From a bacterium (lineage in GTDB: Bacteria > Bacteroidota > Bacteroidia > Bacteroidales > P3), in NCBI GenBank assembly GCA_014803485.1, contig JAAVBQ010000035.1, forward strand, positions 7,428 to 71,427: a stretch of DNA of 64,000 nt. The letters run 5' to 3'. Below, in pieces: positions 52,327 through 62,693 of the stretch; position 1 is the stretch's first letter, and each line of letters starts with the position of its first letter. The notes below the pieces were generated by a model. It had not been told where the DNA came from, ran no database searches, and saw nothing but the letters and a program-made list of their open reading frames with translations. Position numbers and translations under genes: made by a program.

Positions 52327-54117
52327 ATGAAAAGAAACATTTATCTTTACCATAAACACTGGCTCTCGAATTTCGAGATACGTCGGAAGAAATATCTTTC
52401 CGACAGCAGCTATCTGGTGTTTCTGTGCGTGCTGACAGGTTTCCTGAGCGGCTTGGCGGCGGTGTTGCTCAAGAACATGATTTTCTATTTCGGCGAATGG
52501 GTGTTGAACCTCAACCGCGCCGACAAGGAAAACTACCTCTTCCTGTTCTTTCCCCTCCTCGGTGTTACATTGTCGTATATACTTGTAAAATATGTATTTA
52601 AAGACGATATCAGCCACGGGGTGAGCCGTGTGATGCAATCTTTCAGCCGAGCCCGCAGCCGCATCAAACGCAGCCGCATGTACTCTTCGTTAGTGGCCTG
52701 TACGGTAACCATCGGCTTCGGCGGTTCGGTGGGACCGGAAGCGCCCGTGGTGCTCACCGGTGCGGCCATAGGTTCCAATATCGGACGCGCTTTCAATCTC
52801 GGTTTCCGCGAACTTGTCATTATTACGGCGGCGGGCTCGGCGGGAGCCATCGCGGGTATTTTCGGCGCGCCGCTGGCGGGTCTGGTCTTTACTCTCGAAG
52901 TGTTGATGATAGACCTCACCATGACTTCGCTCGTGCCGATTCTGGTGGCTTCCACCACGGGCGCGGTGACCTCGGCGTTCCTGATGGGCCGCAGGGCCAC
53001 TTTCCACTTCGATATTGCGAACGACTACTATCTTCAGAACCTGCCCTTCTACTTGATTTTGGGCTTGGCGGGCGGTCTGGTGTCGTGCTACTTCCTCTAT
53101 ACCAACGAAAAAATCGGGGCGTATTTCGCACGTATCCGACAGGGCTGGAAACGGGTGTTGACGGGCGGCGTGCTGCTCTGCGTGCTCATTTTTCTCTTCC
53201 CGCCCCTCTACGGCGAAGGTTTTTCGTTTTTGAGCGACATATTCAACGGCAATACCGAAAGCATCTTCAACAACACGTTTTTCTACGACTACCGCTTGTC
53301 GATGCCGGTGTTTTTCGCCTATGTGGCGCTGTTGATTCTGCTCAAGGTGGTGGCTACGGGCTTCACCAACGGTGCCGGGGGCGTGGGCGGGGTGTTCGCT
53401 CCCTCCATGTTCGTGGGGGCGTTTCTGGGCCTTTTCGTGGCACAGGGTCTCAATCTACTGGGGCTTCACCTGCCTTTGGCCAACTTCGCCCTGGCGGGCA
53501 TGTCGGCCCTGATGGCGGGTGTGATGCACGCACCGCTTACCGCCATCTTTTTGGTGGCAGAAGTGACGGGCGGCTACAACTTCTTTATTCCGTTGATGTT
53601 GGTGTCGGCCACTTCGTATCTCGTGAGCCGCTGCTTCAACCCGCATTCCATCTACACCAAGGCCCTGGCGCAAAGGGGCGAACTGCTCACCCACAACAAA
53701 GACGCTTTCGTGCTGTCTATGATGAGCCTCGACCGGGTCATAGAAACCAACTTCATCGTGATGCACCCCGATGACAACCTCGGTGAGCTCGTGAAAAGCA
53801 TCAGCCGTTCTTCGCGCAACCTCTTTCCCGTTACCGATGCGCAGAACAACTTTCTCGGCGTGGTGTTCCTCGACGATATAAAGACGGTGATTTTCCGTCC
53901 CGACCTCTACGAACAAATCTATGTGAAGGATTTGATGTATGTGCCCAATCTGGTTATCCAGCGGCAGGAAAACATGGCGCAGGTGGCCATAAAATTCCAA
54001 CAAAGCGACAAATACAATATCGCGGTTCTCGACCGTGGAAAATACGTGGGCTTTATCTCGCGGGCCAATGTGTTTTCGAGCTATCGCGCCAAAGTAAAAG
54101 AGTATTCTTCCGATTAA
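52327..54117 (+). CDS. ClC-family chloride channel/antiporter with C-terminal CBS domains, 596 aa
   Basis: Selectivity motifs GSVGPEAP, GIFGAPLAG, GGVFAPS; 10 or more TM helices; C-terminal CBS pair. Confidence 0.9.
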   Translation: MKRNIYLYHKHWLSNFEIRRKKYLSDSSYLVFLCVLTGFLSGLAAVLLKNMIFYFGEWVLNLNRADKENYLFLFFPLLGVTLSYILVKYVFKDDISHGVSRVMQSFSRARSRIKRSRMYSSLVACTVTIGFGGSVGPEAPVVLTGAAIGSNIGRAFNLGFRELVIITAAGSAGAIAGIFGAPLAGLVFTLEVLMIDLTMTSLVPILVASTTGAVTSAFLMGRRATFHFDIANDYYLQNLPFYLILGLAGGLVSCYFLYTNEKIGAYFARIRQGWKRVLTGGVLLCVLIFLFPPLYGEGFSFLSDIFNGNTESIFNNTFFYDYRLSMPVFFAYVALLILLKVVATGFTNGAGGVGGVFAPSMFVGAFLGLFVAQGLNLLGLHLPLANFALAGMSALMAGVMHAPLTAIFLVAEVTGGYNFFIPLMLVSATSYLVSRCFNPHSIYTKALAQRGELLTHNKDAFVLSMMSLDRVIETNFIVMHPDDNLGELVKSISRSSRNLFPVTDAQNNFLGVVFLDDIKTVIFRPDLYEQIYVKDLMYVPNLVIQRQENMAQVAIKFQQSDKYNIAVLDRGKYVGFISRANVFSSYRAKVKEYSSD

Positions 54118-54122
54118 AATAT

Positions 54123-56321
54123 ATGCAAATGAAAACAAAGCGTTTACTTGTGTTATGTGTGATGAGCGTGATGCTGGGACCGGTGTTCGCCCAATCGCCA
54201 AAAGCCTCTCTGCTCGAGACGTTGCCCGCCGTGCCGCAGGGCAAGAGGCTGGAACTCGGGCATCTGATGGACCGGAACCTGTATCCGGGCGCGCCGAGCC
54301 AGTTGCAGTGGATGGAACGCTCCGACAAGTCGGTTTATGTCTATGTGAAGAACGACACGGCTTTCTATCACGATATGGAAACGGGCGTGGAAAAGCCCAT
54401 GATTACGCTCGACAAGCTGAATGAGGATGTGATGAAAGCGGGTGGAAAGCATAAGATTGAGCTTTTTCCCCTGATCCGGAGGGTGGACAACAACCGTCTC
54501 TACATGCGCAACCGTGGCCACGTGTTTGTGTTTTACAGCGACAAGACCGAAACGGAGATTTATTGCTCGTTGGACAAGAAGGGAACGAACTTCGACCTCA
54601 GCACGGCTTCGGGACTGACAGCCTTTACGCGCGACAACAATCTCTTTTTTCTGCGCGACGGCATGCGCTATTCGGTTACGAAAGACCTTGATACGGGCAT
54701 CGTGAACGGGCAGAGCGTGCACCGCGACGAATTCGGCATCACCAAGGGCACCTTCTGGTCGAACGACGGCACGCGTCTGGCCTACTACCGTATGGACGAG
54801 AGCATGGTGACGAAATATCCCATTCATCACTACGATTCGATGTGGGTTGAAAATATCCGCTATCCGCACGCGGGCGAGAGGATGCACAAGGTGAGCGTGA
54901 ACGTCTTTAATACCGAAACGTTCCAGACCGTGGCTTTGGAACCTTTCGCCGACCCGTCGCACACCTATATCACGAGTGTGGTGTGGAGCCCCGACGACCG
55001 CGATTTGTATTTGGGCATTCTCGACCGCAATCAAAAGGATTTCAGTTTGGTGCGTTATGATGCCGAGACGGGTAAAGTGAAAGGCGTGGTGTTTACGGAG
55101 CACAGCGATGTATATGTGGAACCCGAGTCGGGCATTGTGTTCCGTCCCGGCCATCCCGACCAGTTTGTGTGGTTGAGCGAGCGTAACGGATTCAATCACG
55201 CTTATTTATACAATACGAGCGGAAAGTTGCTCAAGAAAATCACGCCCGACAACGAGCCGTGGATGATTACGGAACTGACCGGATTTTCGCCCGACGGAAA
55301 GACGCTCTACTTCATGGGCACCAAGGACGAGGCCTTGCAGCAGAACCTCTATGCCGTGGAGGTGGAAAAGGGCAAGGTGCGCCGCGTGACGAAGGAAGAC
55401 GGCATGCATATGGTGAAGATGGACGGCACGGGGCGTTACTTTATCGACTACTATTCGGCACCCGCTCTGAGCCGCCGCATTCAGGTAATTGACAATAAAG
55501 GAAATGTGGTAAAGGTGATTGCCGACTACGGAGATATGCTGGCCGACTACGTGCGGCCTGAATTCCGCCTCTACACACTTACCGCCGCCGATGGCCGCAC
55601 GCCCCTCTACGGGCGCATGATTCTGCCTCCCGATTTCGATTCCACGCGCAAGTATCCCGTTCTCGTGTATGTGTACGGAGGTCCTCACGCGCAACTCATC
55701 AACAAGGGTTACAACTATGCCTGCGGCACGTTCCTGCGTTTTCTGGCACAACAGGGTTATGTGGTGTGGACGGTAGACAGCCGGGGTTCGGCCAACCGGG
55801 GCTTCGCTTTCGAGAGTGCCATTCACCGCAATATCGGGGTGAACGAGGCCGCCGACCAGATGCAGGGCATTGCGTTCCTCAAATCGCTGCCTTTCGTGGA
55901 TTCGAGCCGCATCGGGGTGGACGGCTGGAGCTACGGCGGCTTTATGGCGCTGAACCTCAAGACGCGCTTTCCCGATGTGTTCAAGGTGACCACTTCGGGC
56001 GGGCCTGTCATCAACTGGGCGTGGTATGAGGTGATGTACGGCGAGCGTTATATGGGTACGCCTCAGGATAATCCCGATGGCTACGAGGCTGCCAACCTGC
56101 TCAATAGAGTGGATTCCATACGGGGCAAGGTGATGTTGATTCAGGGGGGCTTGGACCCCACCGTGCTGCCCAAGAACAGCACCACGTTCGTGAAACGCTG
56201 CATCGACCGCAAGATTCCCGTGGACTTCTTTGTCTATCCCGACCACGAACATAATGTGCGGGGTGCGGAGCGTGATCATCTGTTTGAAAAATTGTATGAA
56301 TATTATAAGCAGAACCTTTGA
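54123..56321 (+). CDS. Dipeptidyl-peptidase IV (S9B serine peptidase), 732 aa
   Basis: Signal peptide, N-terminal beta-propeller region, catalytic GWSYGGFM, followed by the Asp and His regions (LIQGGLDPTV, PDHEHN). Confidence 0.9.
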   Translation: MQMKTKRLLVLCVMSVMLGPVFAQSPKASLLETLPAVPQGKRLELGHLMDRNLYPGAPSQLQWMERSDKSVYVYVKNDTAFYHDMETGVEKPMITLDKLNEDVMKAGGKHKIELFPLIRRVDNNRLYMRNRGHVFVFYSDKTETEIYCSLDKKGTNFDLSTASGLTAFTRDNNLFFLRDGMRYSVTKDLDTGIVNGQSVHRDEFGITKGTFWSNDGTRLAYYRMDESMVTKYPIHHYDSMWVENIRYPHAGERMHKVSVNVFNTETFQTVALEPFADPSHTYITSVVWSPDDRDLYLGILDRNQKDFSLVRYDAETGKVKGVVFTEHSDVYVEPESGIVFRPGHPDQFVWLSERNGFNHAYLYNTSGKLLKKITPDNEPWMITELTGFSPDGKTLYFMGTKDEALQQNLYAVEVEKGKVRRVTKEDGMHMVKMDGTGRYFIDYYSAPALSRRIQVIDNKGNVVKVIADYGDMLADYVRPEFRLYTLTAADGRTPLYGRMILPPDFDSTRKYPVLVYVYGGPHAQLINKGYNYACGTFLRFLAQQGYVVWTVDSRGSANRGFAFESAIHRNIGVNEAADQMQGIAFLKSLPFVDSSRIGVDGWSYGGFMALNLKTRFPDVFKVTTSGGPVINWAWYEVMYGERYMGTPQDNPDGYEAANLLNRVDSIRGKVMLIQGGLDPTVLPKNSTTFVKRCIDRKIPVDFFVYPDHEHNVRGAERDHLFEKLYEYYKQNL

Positions 56322-57592
56322 ACCCGCGAGACCTTAAGATAGAAGACTTCAACTACCCTCTGCCCGAGGAGCGCATTGCGTTCTATCCCCTGCCCGAGCG
56401 CGACGCATCGAAGCTCTTGGTGTATCGGGGCGGTGCCATTGAACAGAGCGTGTTCCGCCAAGTGGGCGATTTTCTGCCGCAGAATGCGCTTTTGGTGTTC
56501 AACGACACGCGGGTGGTGCGGGCGCGACTGGTGTTTTTCAAGGGCGACGGAGGTGCCGCCGTTGGCGCACGCATCGAGATTTTCTGCCTCGAACCCTCGG
56601 GGGCCGATATAGAAACCGCCTTTTCTTCGCGGGGCTCTTGCCGATTTAAGTGTTTGGTAGGCAACAATAAGCGTTGGAAGCAAGGGGCGCTGAAAATGGA
56701 CTTCCCCTTGGCCGACGGCGGCACGGGTTGCCTGCAGGCCGTCAAGGTGGCCGCTTCGGGCGAGGATTTTGAAGTGGAATTTTCGTGGTCGCCCACCGAC
56801 TGGAGTTTCGCCGAGGTGCTGGAGGCTTCGGGCAAGGTGCCGCTTCCGCCCTACATACGGCGGCAGGCCGAAGAGGGCGACACGCTGCGCTATCAGACGG
56901 TTTTTGCGCGGCACAACGGTTCGGTGGCCGCCCCCACGGCCGGCCTGCATTTTACGCAGCAGGTGCTGGAAGATTTGCAAAGACGGGGCATCGAACGCGA
57001 TTTCATCACCCTCCACGTGGGGGCGGGCACCTTCAAGCCCGTCAAGGCCGAACAGGTGGGCGACCACGCCATGCACAGCGAGCATATCGTAGCCTCGAAA
57101 TCTTTGATAGAAAATTTATTGCGTGCTGTCCGCGAACACAAACCCCTTGTGGCGGTCGGCACCACTTCCATGCGCAGCATGGAGTCGCTCTACTGGATGG
57201 GGGTTCGGCTGGCCTGCGGCGAGGCGCCATTGCCGGGCGGCGAATTCGAGGTGAACCAATGGGACCCCTACGAGACCTATGCCGACCGCCACAAAAAAAC
57301 GACTCCCGAAGAGGCCCTGCAGTTGTTGTGCGACTATATGGAGCGGGAAAATCTGACCCAACTTCACGCGCATACCTCACTCATGATTGCTCCCGGCTAT
57401 AAATTCGCTTTCTGCAAGGGCATCATCACCAACTTCCACCAACCCAAAAGCACCCTGCTGCTGTTGGTGTCCGCTCTTATCGGCGATGTTTGGAAAGAGG
57501 CCTACCGCTACGCCCTCGCCCACGATTTCCGCTTCCTGAGCTACGGCGACAGCTGCCTCTTCCTCCCCGAATTTTTACTATCTTCGCGTTGA
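56318..57592 (+). CDS. queA: S-adenosylmethionine:tRNA ribosyltransferase-isomerase, 424 aa
   Basis: LKIEDFNYPLPEERIAFYPLPERDASKLLVY, PLPPYIRR, YQTVFA, GSVAAPTAGLHFT, LHVGAGTF, AVGTTSMRS, ITNFHQPKSTLL. There is no ATG near the conserved N-terminus, so the TTG at 56318 (overlapping the DPP-IV stop) is taken as the start; this start is uncertain. Confidence 0.85.
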   Translation: MNPRDLKIEDFNYPLPEERIAFYPLPERDASKLLVYRGGAIEQSVFRQVGDFLPQNALLVFNDTRVVRARLVFFKGDGGAAVGARIEIFCLEPSGADIETAFSSRGSCRFKCLVGNNKRWKQGALKMDFPLADGGTGCLQAVKVAASGEDFEVEFSWSPTDWSFAEVLEASGKVPLPPYIRRQAEEGDTLRYQTVFARHNGSVAAPTAGLHFTQQVLEDLQRRGIERDFITLHVGAGTFKPVKAEQVGDHAMHSEHIVASKSLIENLLRAVREHKPLVAVGTTSMRSMESLYWMGVRLACGEAPLPGGEFEVNQWDPYETYADRHKKTTPEEALQLLCDYMERENLTQLHAHTSLMIAPGYKFAFCKGIITNFHQPKSTLLLLVSALIGDVWKEAYRYALAHDFRFLSYGDSCLFLPEFLLSSR

Positions 57593-57622
57593 ACTACGTT
57601 AATAATTCAAATAAACAATAAG

Positions 57623-58819
57623 ATGAAAAACATTTTGTTGACTATCGGGCTGGTTTTGGCGGTGGCTTTCTCCGCCCAGGCTCAGAAGAAAGACAAGAAA
57701 GACGGCGACAAGTCTGTCTATGTGTTCACCGACATCAAGGTGAACCCCAACACGAGTGTCAAGGACCAGAACCGTTCGGGCACCTGCTGGAGTTTTTCGG
57801 GAACCTCCTTCCTCGAATCGGAACTGCTCCGCATGGGCAAGGGTGAATACGACCTTTCGGATATGTATCCTGTCTACAAATGCTATTTGCTGAAGGGCGA
57901 CAAATACGTGCGTCTGCACGGCAAGACCGAATTGGCTACCGGCGGCGCCAGCAACGACGTGGCCGACGTGCTTGAGGAATACGGCGTGGTGCCCGAAGAA
58001 GTGTACACCGGCCTCAACTACGGTGCCGATGCCCACGACCACAGCGAATTGGACAAGGTTCTGACCAATTTCCTCAAAGGTGTGGTGGACGGCAGGAAAC
58101 TCACCACCGCCTGGAGACCGGCCTACAAAGCCATCTTGAATACTTATCTGGGCGAAGATCCCGAAACCTTTACCTACGGCGGCAAGGAATACACGCCCCG
58201 CAGCTTTGCCGACGAACTGGGTTTGGATGCCAAGAAATTCGTGAAATTCAGTTCCTACACGCATCATCCTTACTATGAGGAATTTGAAATGGACGTGCCC
58301 GACAACTGGAATCACGGCATGGTCTACAACCTGCCTATCGATGAATTCGAACAGGTGGTGGACGCGGCTATTGAAAACGGTTACACCTTGGTATGGGGCG
58401 GCGATGTGAGCGACCCCGGCTTCTCGTGGAAAAACGGCGTGGCCATCATGCCCGATACGGAGAATCCCGACCTGAGCGGCACCGACCGCGACAAATGGGA
58501 AACCCTCTCGCAGTCCGAAAAGCGCAAGAATGCATATAGCTTCGAACGTATCGTTCCCGAAAAGAAAATCACCCAGGAAGACCGTCAGAAGAACTACGAC
58601 AACTGGAGCGCCACCGACGACCACGGTATGCACCTCGTGGGTATGGCCAAAGATCAGAACGGCAATGTTTACTACAAGATCAAGAACTCTTGGAACGTAG
58701 ACAACCCCTACAAGGGCTACCTTTATATGTCGAAGCCTTACTTCCGCGCCAACACGCTCGATATTATGGTGAATATCGATGCCGTTCCCGCCGAAATCAG
58801 GGCTAAACTTGGTTTGTAA
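57623..58819 (+). CDS. pepC: Aminopeptidase C / bleomycin-hydrolase-like C1B cysteine peptidase, 398 aa
   Basis: Signal peptide, catalytic Cys context QNRSGTCWSFSGTSFLESE, His region DDHGMHLVG, NSWN. Confidence 0.85.
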   Translation: MKNILLTIGLVLAVAFSAQAQKKDKKDGDKSVYVFTDIKVNPNTSVKDQNRSGTCWSFSGTSFLESELLRMGKGEYDLSDMYPVYKCYLLKGDKYVRLHGKTELATGGASNDVADVLEEYGVVPEEVYTGLNYGADAHDHSELDKVLTNFLKGVVDGRKLTTAWRPAYKAILNTYLGEDPETFTYGGKEYTPRSFADELGLDAKKFVKFSSYTHHPYYEEFEMDVPDNWNHGMVYNLPIDEFEQVVDAAIENGYTLVWGGDVSDPGFSWKNGVAIMPDTENPDLSGTDRDKWETLSQSEKRKNAYSFERIVPEKKITQEDRQKNYDNWSATDDHGMHLVGMAKDQNGNVYYKIKNSWNVDNPYKGYLYMSKPYFRANTLDIMVNIDAVPAEIRAKLGL

Positions 58820-58838
58820 GAGGTTTTTATGAAATTGA

Positions 58839-58872
58839 AAAGGCCGCCACTTTTCGTGGCGGCCTTTTTTTT
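58839..58872 (+). terminator. Rho-independent terminator after pepC
   Basis: ggccgccac-ttttc-gtggcggcc (58842-58850 / 58856-58864) followed by T8. Confidence 0.8.
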
Positions 58873-58887
58873 AGAAACCACAACGTT

Positions 58888-59322
58888 ATGGAGAGTTTCG
58901 AGAGTCTATACAAGAAGTTGATGCGCTATTGCGCCTATCAGGAGCGGGCCGAGAGCGAGGTGCGGCTGAAGCTGCGCTTGCTGGAAGCGCCGGCAGATGT
59001 GCGTGAAGCGGTGCTGGAGAAGTTGCGCGGGGAGAATTTCGTGAACGAGGAGCGGTTTGCGCGGGCGTACGTGCGGGGGAAATTCCGCATGAACGGCTGG
59101 GGGCGGCTCAAAATCCGCAACGGGCTGCGTGCCAAGGGTGTGGACGAAAAATTGATTTCGCGCACCCTGAGCGAAGAAATCGACGAGAAGCAGTATCGGG
59201 AAGCCATGCACAAGGTGGTGGCCGAAAAAGGGCTCAAAACGGCCTTTTCGCGGGGATTTGAGGTGAACCGAAACTTCGAGAACTCTATTTCCTCTCCTTG
59301 TTCATCAGAGGAAGAAGAATAA
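58888..59322 (+). CDS. recX: RecX-family regulatory protein, 144 aa
   Basis: YCAYQERAESEVRLKL..., VLEKLRGENFVNEERFARAYVRGKFRMNGWGRLKIRNGLRAKGV: typical RecX three-helix repeats. Confidence 0.8.
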   Translation: MESFESLYKKLMRYCAYQERAESEVRLKLRLLEAPADVREAVLEKLRGENFVNEERFARAYVRGKFRMNGWGRLKIRNGLRAKGVDEKLISRTLSEEIDEKQYREAMHKVVAEKGLKTAFSRGFEVNRNFENSISSPCSSEEEE

Positions 59323-60313
59323 TCGCGGCCACGCCGCCGATGATGATGGCAAGCGTCTGCGTGCCCCACGAAATCCAACCCGCCGTATATCCCAACACTT
59401 TCGGGAATCCGAACAGAACCAAGGTTTCGGACACGATGACCGGATAGAGGCCGATGCCTCCGGGGGTAATCATATTTCCCACCGTACCCATCACCAACGC
59501 TATCAAGGCAATGCCTCCTCCTGTGCCGGAAAGCGCGTCAAGGCTGTGCAGGGCGAAGTAGAGCATAATCCAATAGCAGAACCACAGGCCCACCGTGTGG
59601 AACACGAACCAAAACGGCTGACGCACGTGTTTGAGCGACATGATGCCCTCGCTGAAACCGGCGAAGACGGAGGCGATTTTCTTCATCCAATGCCCTTCGG
59701 GAAGGCTGTTGCGCCGACGGCGGTAATATACCGTCACCGCCACAAGCACCAACACCGCCGCTGCCAGCACCGCCACGGCTATCCACATCACGCCGCGCCG
59801 GCTTTCCATGCCTTGGGCGAACATATTCGACACATAGTCGTGCAGATGGCGGTATTCCACAAGAAACGACACCAAAAAGAGCGTCAGAAAGCAGAGAATG
59901 TCGATGACGCGCTCGGAAACCACCGTGCCCAGCGATTTCTCCACAGGCACTTTCTCGTAGCGGTACATGAAGGTGCAACGCAACACCTCGCCCAATCGGG
60001 GAATGGCCAGATTGGCGAAATAGGCCACCAGCACGCTCATGAACGTGTTGCCGAAACGGGGGCGGTAGCCCATAGGGTGGAAGAGCAGATTCCAGCGGAG
60101 CGTGCGGAAAACGTTGCTCAACACGCCGAAAACAATAATCAGCGCGGCCATGCCCCAATTCGCTTCCTTAAGCGCCTCCACAATCTGCGTTTTCTCGTCG
60201 GGCGTGAGATTTCTCTGGAAAAGCCAGATGATGAACACGCCCAATCCGAAAAACAAGGCGAATTTCAGAATCTGACGCAAAAGTTTCCTAGGCTTGTCTT
60301 GCGCGGACGTCAT
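59285..60313 (-). CDS. Lysylphosphatidylglycerol-synthase-TM-like (UPF0104/flippase-like) membrane protein, 342 aa
   Basis: Eight hydrophobic helices. N-terminal pattern KFALFFGLGVFIIWLF...LSNVFRTLRWNLLF...VLVAYFANLAIPRLGEVLRC. Confidence 0.7.
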   Translation of the reverse strand: MTSAQDKPRKLLRQILKFALFFGLGVFIIWLFQRNLTPDEKTQIVEALKEANWGMAALIIVFGVLSNVFRTLRWNLLFHPMGYRPRFGNTFMSVLVAYFANLAIPRLGEVLRCTFMYRYEKVPVEKSLGTVVSERVIDILCFLTLFLVSFLVEYRHLHDYVSNMFAQGMESRRGVMWIAVAVLAAAVLVLVAVTVYYRRRRNSLPEGHWMKKIASVFAGFSEGIMSLKHVRQPFWFVFHTVGLWFCYWIMLYFALHSLDALSGTGGGIALIALVMGTVGNMITPGGIGLYPVIVSETLVLFGFPKVLGYTAGWISWGTQTLAIIIGGVAAIILLPLMNKERK

Positions 60314-60654
60314 TACAATCTGTTTTCTTGGGGGAAAATCACCGTGGGCTTGTGGCTGCGGGCTTCTTCGGGGGTCATGGAGGCGTAGGAAACGATGATG
60401 ACCAAATCGCCCACGGCCACCTTGCGGGCGGCGGCGCCGTTGAGGCCGATGGTGCCACTGCCCCGTTTGCCCTTTATCACATAGGTTTCAAGACGTTCGC
60501 CGTTATTGATATTGTATATGTGAACCCTTTCGTACTCGCAGAGATTGGCGGCGTCCATCAAGTCTTCGTCGATAGTGATACTGCCTACATAATTGAGGTC
60601 TGCATAGGTAACCACCGCACGGTGAATCTTCGATTTTAAAACTTCTATCTGCAC
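60313..60654 (-). CDS. panD: Aspartate 1-decarboxylase (pyruvoyl-dependent), 113 aa
   Basis: [38 protein letters not shown]... with the Gly-Ser self-processing site (YVGSITID). Confidence 0.95.
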   Translation of the reverse strand: MQIEVLKSKIHRAVVTYADLNYVGSITIDEDLMDAANLCEYERVHIYNINNGERLETYVIKGKRGSGTIGLNGAAARKVAVGDLVIIVSYASMTPEEARSHKPTVIFPQENRL

Positions 60655-60677
60655 TTTCGTAAAAATTTAGGCTTGGT

Positions 60678-62693
60678 TTATCTTTTTTTGCGGGGGGCTT
60701 TGCGGGACTGCCGCGACACCACCGGCATCGATTCGGGAGCGAAGGCGAAGGTAAGCTGTTTTTTGTTCATGTCGATTTCCTTGACCTGAATCCTCACTCG
60801 CTGCCCGAGTTTATATACATAGCGGGAATGCAATCCCACCACCTGATAGTTTTCTTCGTCGAGTTCGTAGTAGTCGTCGGCGAGGGAGCGCAAGGGAACC
60901 ATTCCCTCGCAATAGTTCTCCTCCAGACAAACATAGATTCCCCACTTGCTCACGCCCGACACCGAACCGTAGAACATCTGCCCTATCTTGTCGGCAAGAA
61001 ATTCGGCCTGCTTGTATTTCACCGAGGTGCGTTCGGCTTCGGTGGCGCGTTTCTCCATGTCGGAGCTGTGCTTGCATTTTTCTTCGAGTTCGGTTTCCGA
61101 CACGCTTTTTCCACCTTGCATATAGTGCTCGAGCAAGCGGTGCACCATGAGGTCGGGATAACGGCGGATGGGTGAGGTGAAGTGCGTGTAGTAGGGAAAC
61201 GAAAGACCGTAGTGGCCGATATTCTGCGTTGTATAGATGGCCTTGGCCATAGTGCGCACGGCAATGGTCTCTATCATGTTCTGCTCGGCCCGGCCCTCGA
61301 TGTCGTGCAGGAGTCCGTTGAAAGATTTTACCAGACCGCTGCGGCTCTTGAGGTTGAGTTTATATCCCAATTTGTTGAGGAAACGCGAAAAATCGTTGAG
61401 TTTCTGGGTGTTGGGTTCGTCGTGCACGCGATAGACAAAAGGTTTCCTTTTCAACTCCTTGCCTATATGTTCGGCCACGCGGCGGTTGGCGGCCAACATG
61501 AATTCCTCCACGAGATGATTGGCTTCCTTGCTTTCCTTAAGGTATACGCCCAAGGGTTTGGCGGTCTTGGGGTCGAGACGGAAACGCACTTCCTGCGAGC
61601 GGAAATTGATGGAACCTTTCTTGAAGCGGTTGTCGCGCAGGATTTTGGAGAGTTTGTAGAGTTGGGTGACGGCTTCTATGTCCTGCTTGTTGCCCAGTGT
61701 CTTGAGTTTCTTGGGGTCGGCGGGAATGTTCTGCGCCAGACCGGCCGCCTCGATGATTTCCTGCGCCTGTTCGTAGGCGTAGCGGCGGTTGGAGTGAATC
61801 ACGCCCTTGCCTATCCATGTGTCGAGAATGCGGGCGTTCTCGTCCATTTCGAACACCACGCTGAAACAGAAGCGGTCCGTATCCGGTTTAAGCGAACACA
61901 GGTCGTTGCAGAGCCTTTCGGGGAGCATGGGGATGGTGCGGTCTACTAAATAGACCGAAGTGGCGCGCTCGTAGGCTTCCTTTTCGATGGCACCGCCCTC
62001 TTTCACAAAATGGCTCACGTCGGCGATATGCACACCCACTTCGAGACGGCCCGAAGGCAGGCGGCGGAACGAAAGCGCATCGTCGAAATCCTTGGCATCG
62101 GCGGGGTCTATGGTGCAGGTGTAGATATTGCGGAAATCGCGGCGGCGGGCCAATTCTTTGGCAGTGACGGTGCTCCGCATTCCGGCGGCTTCCTTTTCGG
62201 CCTGCTTGGGATAGGTGAGCGGAAAATTATACTCGGCCAAAATGGACTGCATCTCCACATCGTTGTCGCCGGGTTCGCCCAGCACGGCGGCGATTTCGCC
62301 TACGGGGTTGTTGAGATGCGCCGGCCAGTCGGTGATGCGGGCCACGGCTTTCTGCCCCTCCTGCGCGTGATGCAGTTTCTCGCGCGGCACAAGAATATTG
62401 ACCGTGATATTGGTGCTGTCGGGTATCAGAAAAGCGTATTTGCCCGAAAAGGCAATGGTCCCCACAATGTTTTTCTTGTTGCGGTGCAACACCTCCACAA
62501 TGCGGCCCTCCAGACGACGGCCCGCGCGGGAGGGAAACAGCAACACGCGCACATGGTCGCCGTGCAGGGCGTGCCCCACACTGTTGGCGGCCACAAACAC
62601 ATCCTCGATTTCCTTATCGTCGGGCAGGATATAGGCCTTGCCCGACGACTTCATGTCGACGATGCCGGTGATATACGAGCGCAGGTTTTTCAT
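60678..62693 (-). CDS. rnr: Ribonuclease R (RNB family 3'-5' exoribonuclease with C-terminal S1 domain), 671 aa
   Basis: Cold-shock-like N-terminus, RNB motifs TIDPADAKDFDDALS, VHIADVSHFV, ATSVYLVDRTIPMLPE, HYGLSFPYYTHFTSPIRRYPDLMVHR; S1 domain and basic tail. Confidence 0.9.
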   Translation of the reverse strand: MKNLRSYITGIVDMKSSGKAYILPDDKEIEDVFVAANSVGHALHGDHVRVLLFPSRAGRRLEGRIVEVLHRNKKNIVGTIAFSGKYAFLIPDSTNITVNILVPREKLHHAQEGQKAVARITDWPAHLNNPVGEIAAVLGEPGDNDVEMQSILAEYNFPLTYPKQAEKEAAGMRSTVTAKELARRRDFRNIYTCTIDPADAKDFDDALSFRRLPSGRLEVGVHIADVSHFVKEGGAIEKEAYERATSVYLVDRTIPMLPERLCNDLCSLKPDTDRFCFSVVFEMDENARILDTWIGKGVIHSNRRYAYEQAQEIIEAAGLAQNIPADPKKLKTLGNKQDIEAVTQLYKLSKILRDNRFKKGSINFRSQEVRFRLDPKTAKPLGVYLKESKEANHLVEEFMLAANRRVAEHIGKELKRKPFVYRVHDEPNTQKLNDFSRFLNKLGYKLNLKSRSGLVKSFNGLLHDIEGRAEQNMIETIAVRTMAKAIYTTQNIGHYGLSFPYYTHFTSPIRRYPDLMVHRLLEHYMQGGKSVSETELEEKCKHSSDMEKRATEAERTSVKYKQAEFLADKIGQMFYGSVSGVSKWGIYVCLEENYCEGMVPLRSLADDYYELDEENYQVVGLHSRYVYKLGQRVRIQVKEIDMNKKQLTFAFAPESMPVVSRQSRKAPRKKR

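Noticed and set aside
56318-57592. queA as a fusion or pseudogene, because it is ~70 aa longer than the enterobacterial enzyme and lacks an ATG start
   Set aside because: The frame is uninterrupted, all conserved QueA motifs are present in order, and the extra residues form internal insertions. A TTG start overlapping the upstream stop is plausible.
59285-59322. The 38-nt convergent overlap between recX and the membrane-protein gene as a sign of a mis-called gene
   Set aside because: Both ORFs have clear family features. The overlap involves only the non-conserved acidic C-terminal tail of RecX and the end of the membrane protein, so it is tolerable.
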